From positions 4,512,001 to 4,576,000 of the forward strand of contig OY843751.1 of assembly GCA_963693055.1 (NCBI GenBank): DNA of 64,000 nt, given 5' to 3'. Positions 61,639-64,000 of this stretch are shown here, piece by piece. Below the pieces are notes generated by a model. That model did no database searches, had not been told where the DNA came from, and saw nothing but the letters and a program-made list of their open reading frames with translations. The DNA comes from a bacterium (GTDB taxonomy: Bacteria > Zhuqueibacterota > Zhuqueibacteria > Residuimicrobiales > Krinioviventaceae). The position numbers and the translations under genes were made by a program. Positions within the stretch are counted from its first letter, which is position 1. Each line of letters begins with the position of its first letter.

Positions 61639-64000
61639 TTATTCATACCTCAACGTATCCACCGGATTCGTTTGAGCCGCCCGAAAAGCCTGTGTGGTTA
61701 CCGTTAGCAGAGTAATGATCCAGACAACAATCAGCGGAAGCAAAAAAAGCAATACATTCAGATCCATCTTTTGCACAAAATCATTCAGCCAGAGTCGGAT
61801 CCCATAAATACCGGCAGGCAGCGCAACAATAAATGCAATACCCAGCAATAACAGAAAATCTTTTGCAAACATGAGTACAATACCCGGCACATTGGCACCC
61901 AATACCTTACGAATACCTACTTCTTTGGTCCGCTGCACCGCACTATATGCCGAAAGTCCCAGAATTCCCAAACAAGTTACCAGTACCGCAAGGACCGAAA
62001 ACAAACCAATCACCTGCCCAAACATTTGGTCTGCTTTGTATTGCTGATCATAATACTCGTCCAGAAAATAAAAATCAAAAGGATTCCCAGGGAAAAACTG
62101 GGCCCACAATTCCTGTACTTGTTTCATACTTTGCGGAATGGATTTACCATCCAGATTCAGCGCAAATACACCAAAATACGCAGTGGGATAATAACGAAAT
62201 ATTTGCGGTTCAAAATCGTCTTTGACTGTCTGCTGATGATAATTTTTCACCACACCAATTATAGGATAAATCTTTTCCCAATAACTGACTTCACTTCCAA
62301 CTGCTTCTTCTGCAGATTCGAATCCCATCCACTCTACGGCTTTTTCATTCAGCATCAATGCACCCTTGTCTGACGAAAACTCACGGGAAAAGGAACGTCC
62401 CGCCACTATTTCCAAATCAAACATTTCTATAAAATTAAAATCCACGCCTGTGATCATGTAATTTCGATTATGAGTCTGATCACTCCCCTTTTTCCGGATT
62501 CCGCCATTGTCCCAGAAAAACTGACGCCCCGGCACTTCGGTTACAAAACACGCATCAGTCACTCCCGATAAACGTTTGGCCTCGGTTTTAAAAGCTTCAA
62601 ACTTTTCTTCTTTGCCTTCTTCTGCCACAACCCTGGGCACCTTGAACACTAATGTTTGGTTCATTGCAAATCCCAAATCCTGCTTACGCATAAACCGGAT
62701 CTGATTATAAATTGCAAATGTCCCTGTAATTAACAGCAAGGCAATAATAAACTGAGTCAGCAGCAGTACTTTACGCAGCCCCATACCTCTGAATCCTGCA
62801 CTATTTTTTACTTTTAATACCTTTTGTGGCTTGAATGATGTGAGCAAAAAAACAGGATAACTTCCAGAGAATACGACTCCTGCAACAAATAAAATAGCTA
62901 TTCCAGCCCAAAACCACACACGGTCAAGCAATGAATACATATCCGGCATTCCGGTAAAATGATAAAATTGAGGTAAAACCAAAACAATCAAGACCAGAGC
63001 TATCAATACAGACAATGCATTTACAATCACTGTCTCTAGTAAGAATTGTGTACCTAAATGCCTGCGAGACGCACCAACCACCTTGCGTATACCCACCTCT
63101 TTTGCCCGGCTCATGGCCATTGCCGTCGAAAGATTGATATAATTGATCCACGCCATCAAGACAATAAATACAGCAATAACAGACAAGATCCGCACGGTAT
63201 CCTGACTGCCATTAACCTTAAATTCCTGCAAATAATGCGATTTTAAATGTATATCTGCTAATGGTTGTAATTGCAAATAAACATGTACACCATATTTTTC
63301 AATCCATTCTTTAAACTCGTTTTCAACACTGTTCAAAATTTGTGATTGCAGTTCCTGAACATCTGTCCCCTTGGTCAGGCGTAAATAAGTGAAAAATCCG
63401 GTATATCCCCATGCCTCTTGCAGTTCCTGCCCCTTTAGGGTTATCAGGTCCTTATATGCCAGCAATACATCACATTGTATATGCGAATTTTCAGGAAAAT
63501 CTTTATAAACCCCGGTTATTATATAACTATTGTCCTTGTCCACCTGAAACATTTTCCCAGTGGCCGGTTCATCTCCAAAATATTTTTTCGCAACAGAACT
63601 GGCAATCAATGCGGTTCCGGGTTTGACCAGTGCGCTATCAAAAGTTCCGTCAACCAGAGAAAAGGTAAACACATCCAAAAGCTCCGGTTCAGCAAAAAAC
63701 ATAAACTCTTCGGTAAACTTTTTTTGTTCAAAAGACATGACCGCTTTATGTCTGTACAAACGCCCAATCTTTTCAATCTGCGGAAACTTTTCCTTAACAA
63801 AGGGAGCTCCGGGCGGGCAACAAGAGGCAAATTGCACAATCGTCCCTTCGTCAGCGGTCCGCTCATACCGTAAACGATAGATCTGTTCATAATCATCGTG
63901 AAATTTATCAAAACTGGTTTCATAGTGAATATAATGAAAAATCAACAGGCACGACACAATGCCCACACTCAAGCCAATAATATTGAGCAAAGTAAAAAAT
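61639..64000 (-). CDS. MacB/FtsX-type ABC transporter permease (5' end outside window)
   Basis: AWINYINL…RAKEVGIRKVVG, RTKEVGIRKVLG, NPVDTLRYE; reading frame open to the window edge. Confidence 0.88.
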   Translation of the reverse strand, partial: FFTLLNIIGLSVGIVSCLLIFHYIHYETSFDKFHDDYEQIYRLRYERTADEGTIVQFASCCPPGAPFVKEKFPQIEKIGRLYRHKAVMSFEQKKFTEEFMFFAEPELLDVFTFSLVDGTFDSALVKPGTALIASSVAKKYFGDEPATGKMFQVDKDNSYIITGVYKDFPENSHIQCDVLLAYKDLITLKGQELQEAWGYTGFFTYLRLTKGTDVQELQSQILNSVENEFKEWIEKYGVHVYLQLQPLADIHLKSHYLQEFKVNGSQDTVRILSVIAVFIVLMAWINYINLSTAMAMSRAKEVGIRKVVGASRRHLGTQFLLETVIVNALSVLIALVLIVLVLPQFYHFTGMPDMYSLLDRVWFWAGIAILFVAGVVFSGSYPVFLLTSFKPQKVLKVKNSAGFRGMGLRKVLLLTQFIIALLLITGTFAIYNQIRFMRKQDLGFAMNQTLVFKVPRVVAEEGKEEKFEAFKTEAKRLSGVTDACFVTEVPGRQFFWDNGGIRKKGSDQTHNRNYMITGVDFNFIEMFDLEIVAGRSFSREFSSDKGALMLNEKAVEWMGFESAEEAVGSEVSYWEKIYPIIGVVKNYHQQTVKDDFEPQIFRYYPTAYFGVFALNLDGKSIPQSMKQVQELWAQFFPGNPFDFYFLDEYYDQQYKADQMFGQVIGLFSVLAVLVTCLGILGLSAYSAVQRTKEVGIRKVLGANVPGIVLMFAKDFLLLLGIAFIVALPAGIYGIRLWLNDFVQKMDLNVLLFLLPLIVVWIITLLTVTTQAFRAAQTNPVDTLRYE

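Overview
AT-rich bacterial chromosomal window. It is most consistent with an FCB-affiliated lineage such as candidate division KSB1 or a Calditrichota/Ignavibacteriota relative. The inference rests on 'NYPNPFNP...' FlgD-Ig/Por-type C-terminal tails combined with canonical Shine-Dalgarno sites and TTGACA-17-TAnnnT promoters, which argue against Bacteroidota sensu stricto. 0.7-9.8 kb: two paralogous secreted heparinase II/III-like (polysaccharide-lyase-like) proteins alternate with two paralogous 338-aa secreted proteins carrying C-terminal sorting-type domains; sigma54-type promoters and a phased palindromic enhancer array lie among them. 10.1-38.1 kb (minus strand): a Wzy-dependent exopolysaccharide/capsule locus (Wza-like, Wzc, PglF/C/E/D-like, Wzx, Wzy, three GT4) with many tailoring genes: ACP, AsnB, NadE-like, AMP-ligase, two CapK-like ligases, two GNATs, a heparinase-like protein, DUF218 and a Tat-DUF362-CTD fusion. 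38.4-43.3 kb: TolC, a tandem jelly-roll protein and an OmpR-family two-component system. 43.4-48.5 kb: a complete rrn operon (16S-Ile-Ala-23S-5S) preceded by seven tandem sigma70 promoter units. The remainder holds tyrS, smpB, tRNA-Leu, a frameshifted cysM, a sulfur module (split YeeE/YedE, OsmC-like, metZ), a sigma54-driven orphan gene and a MacB/FtsX-type ABC permease array that runs off the window. All calls come from motif reading; no database searches were run.
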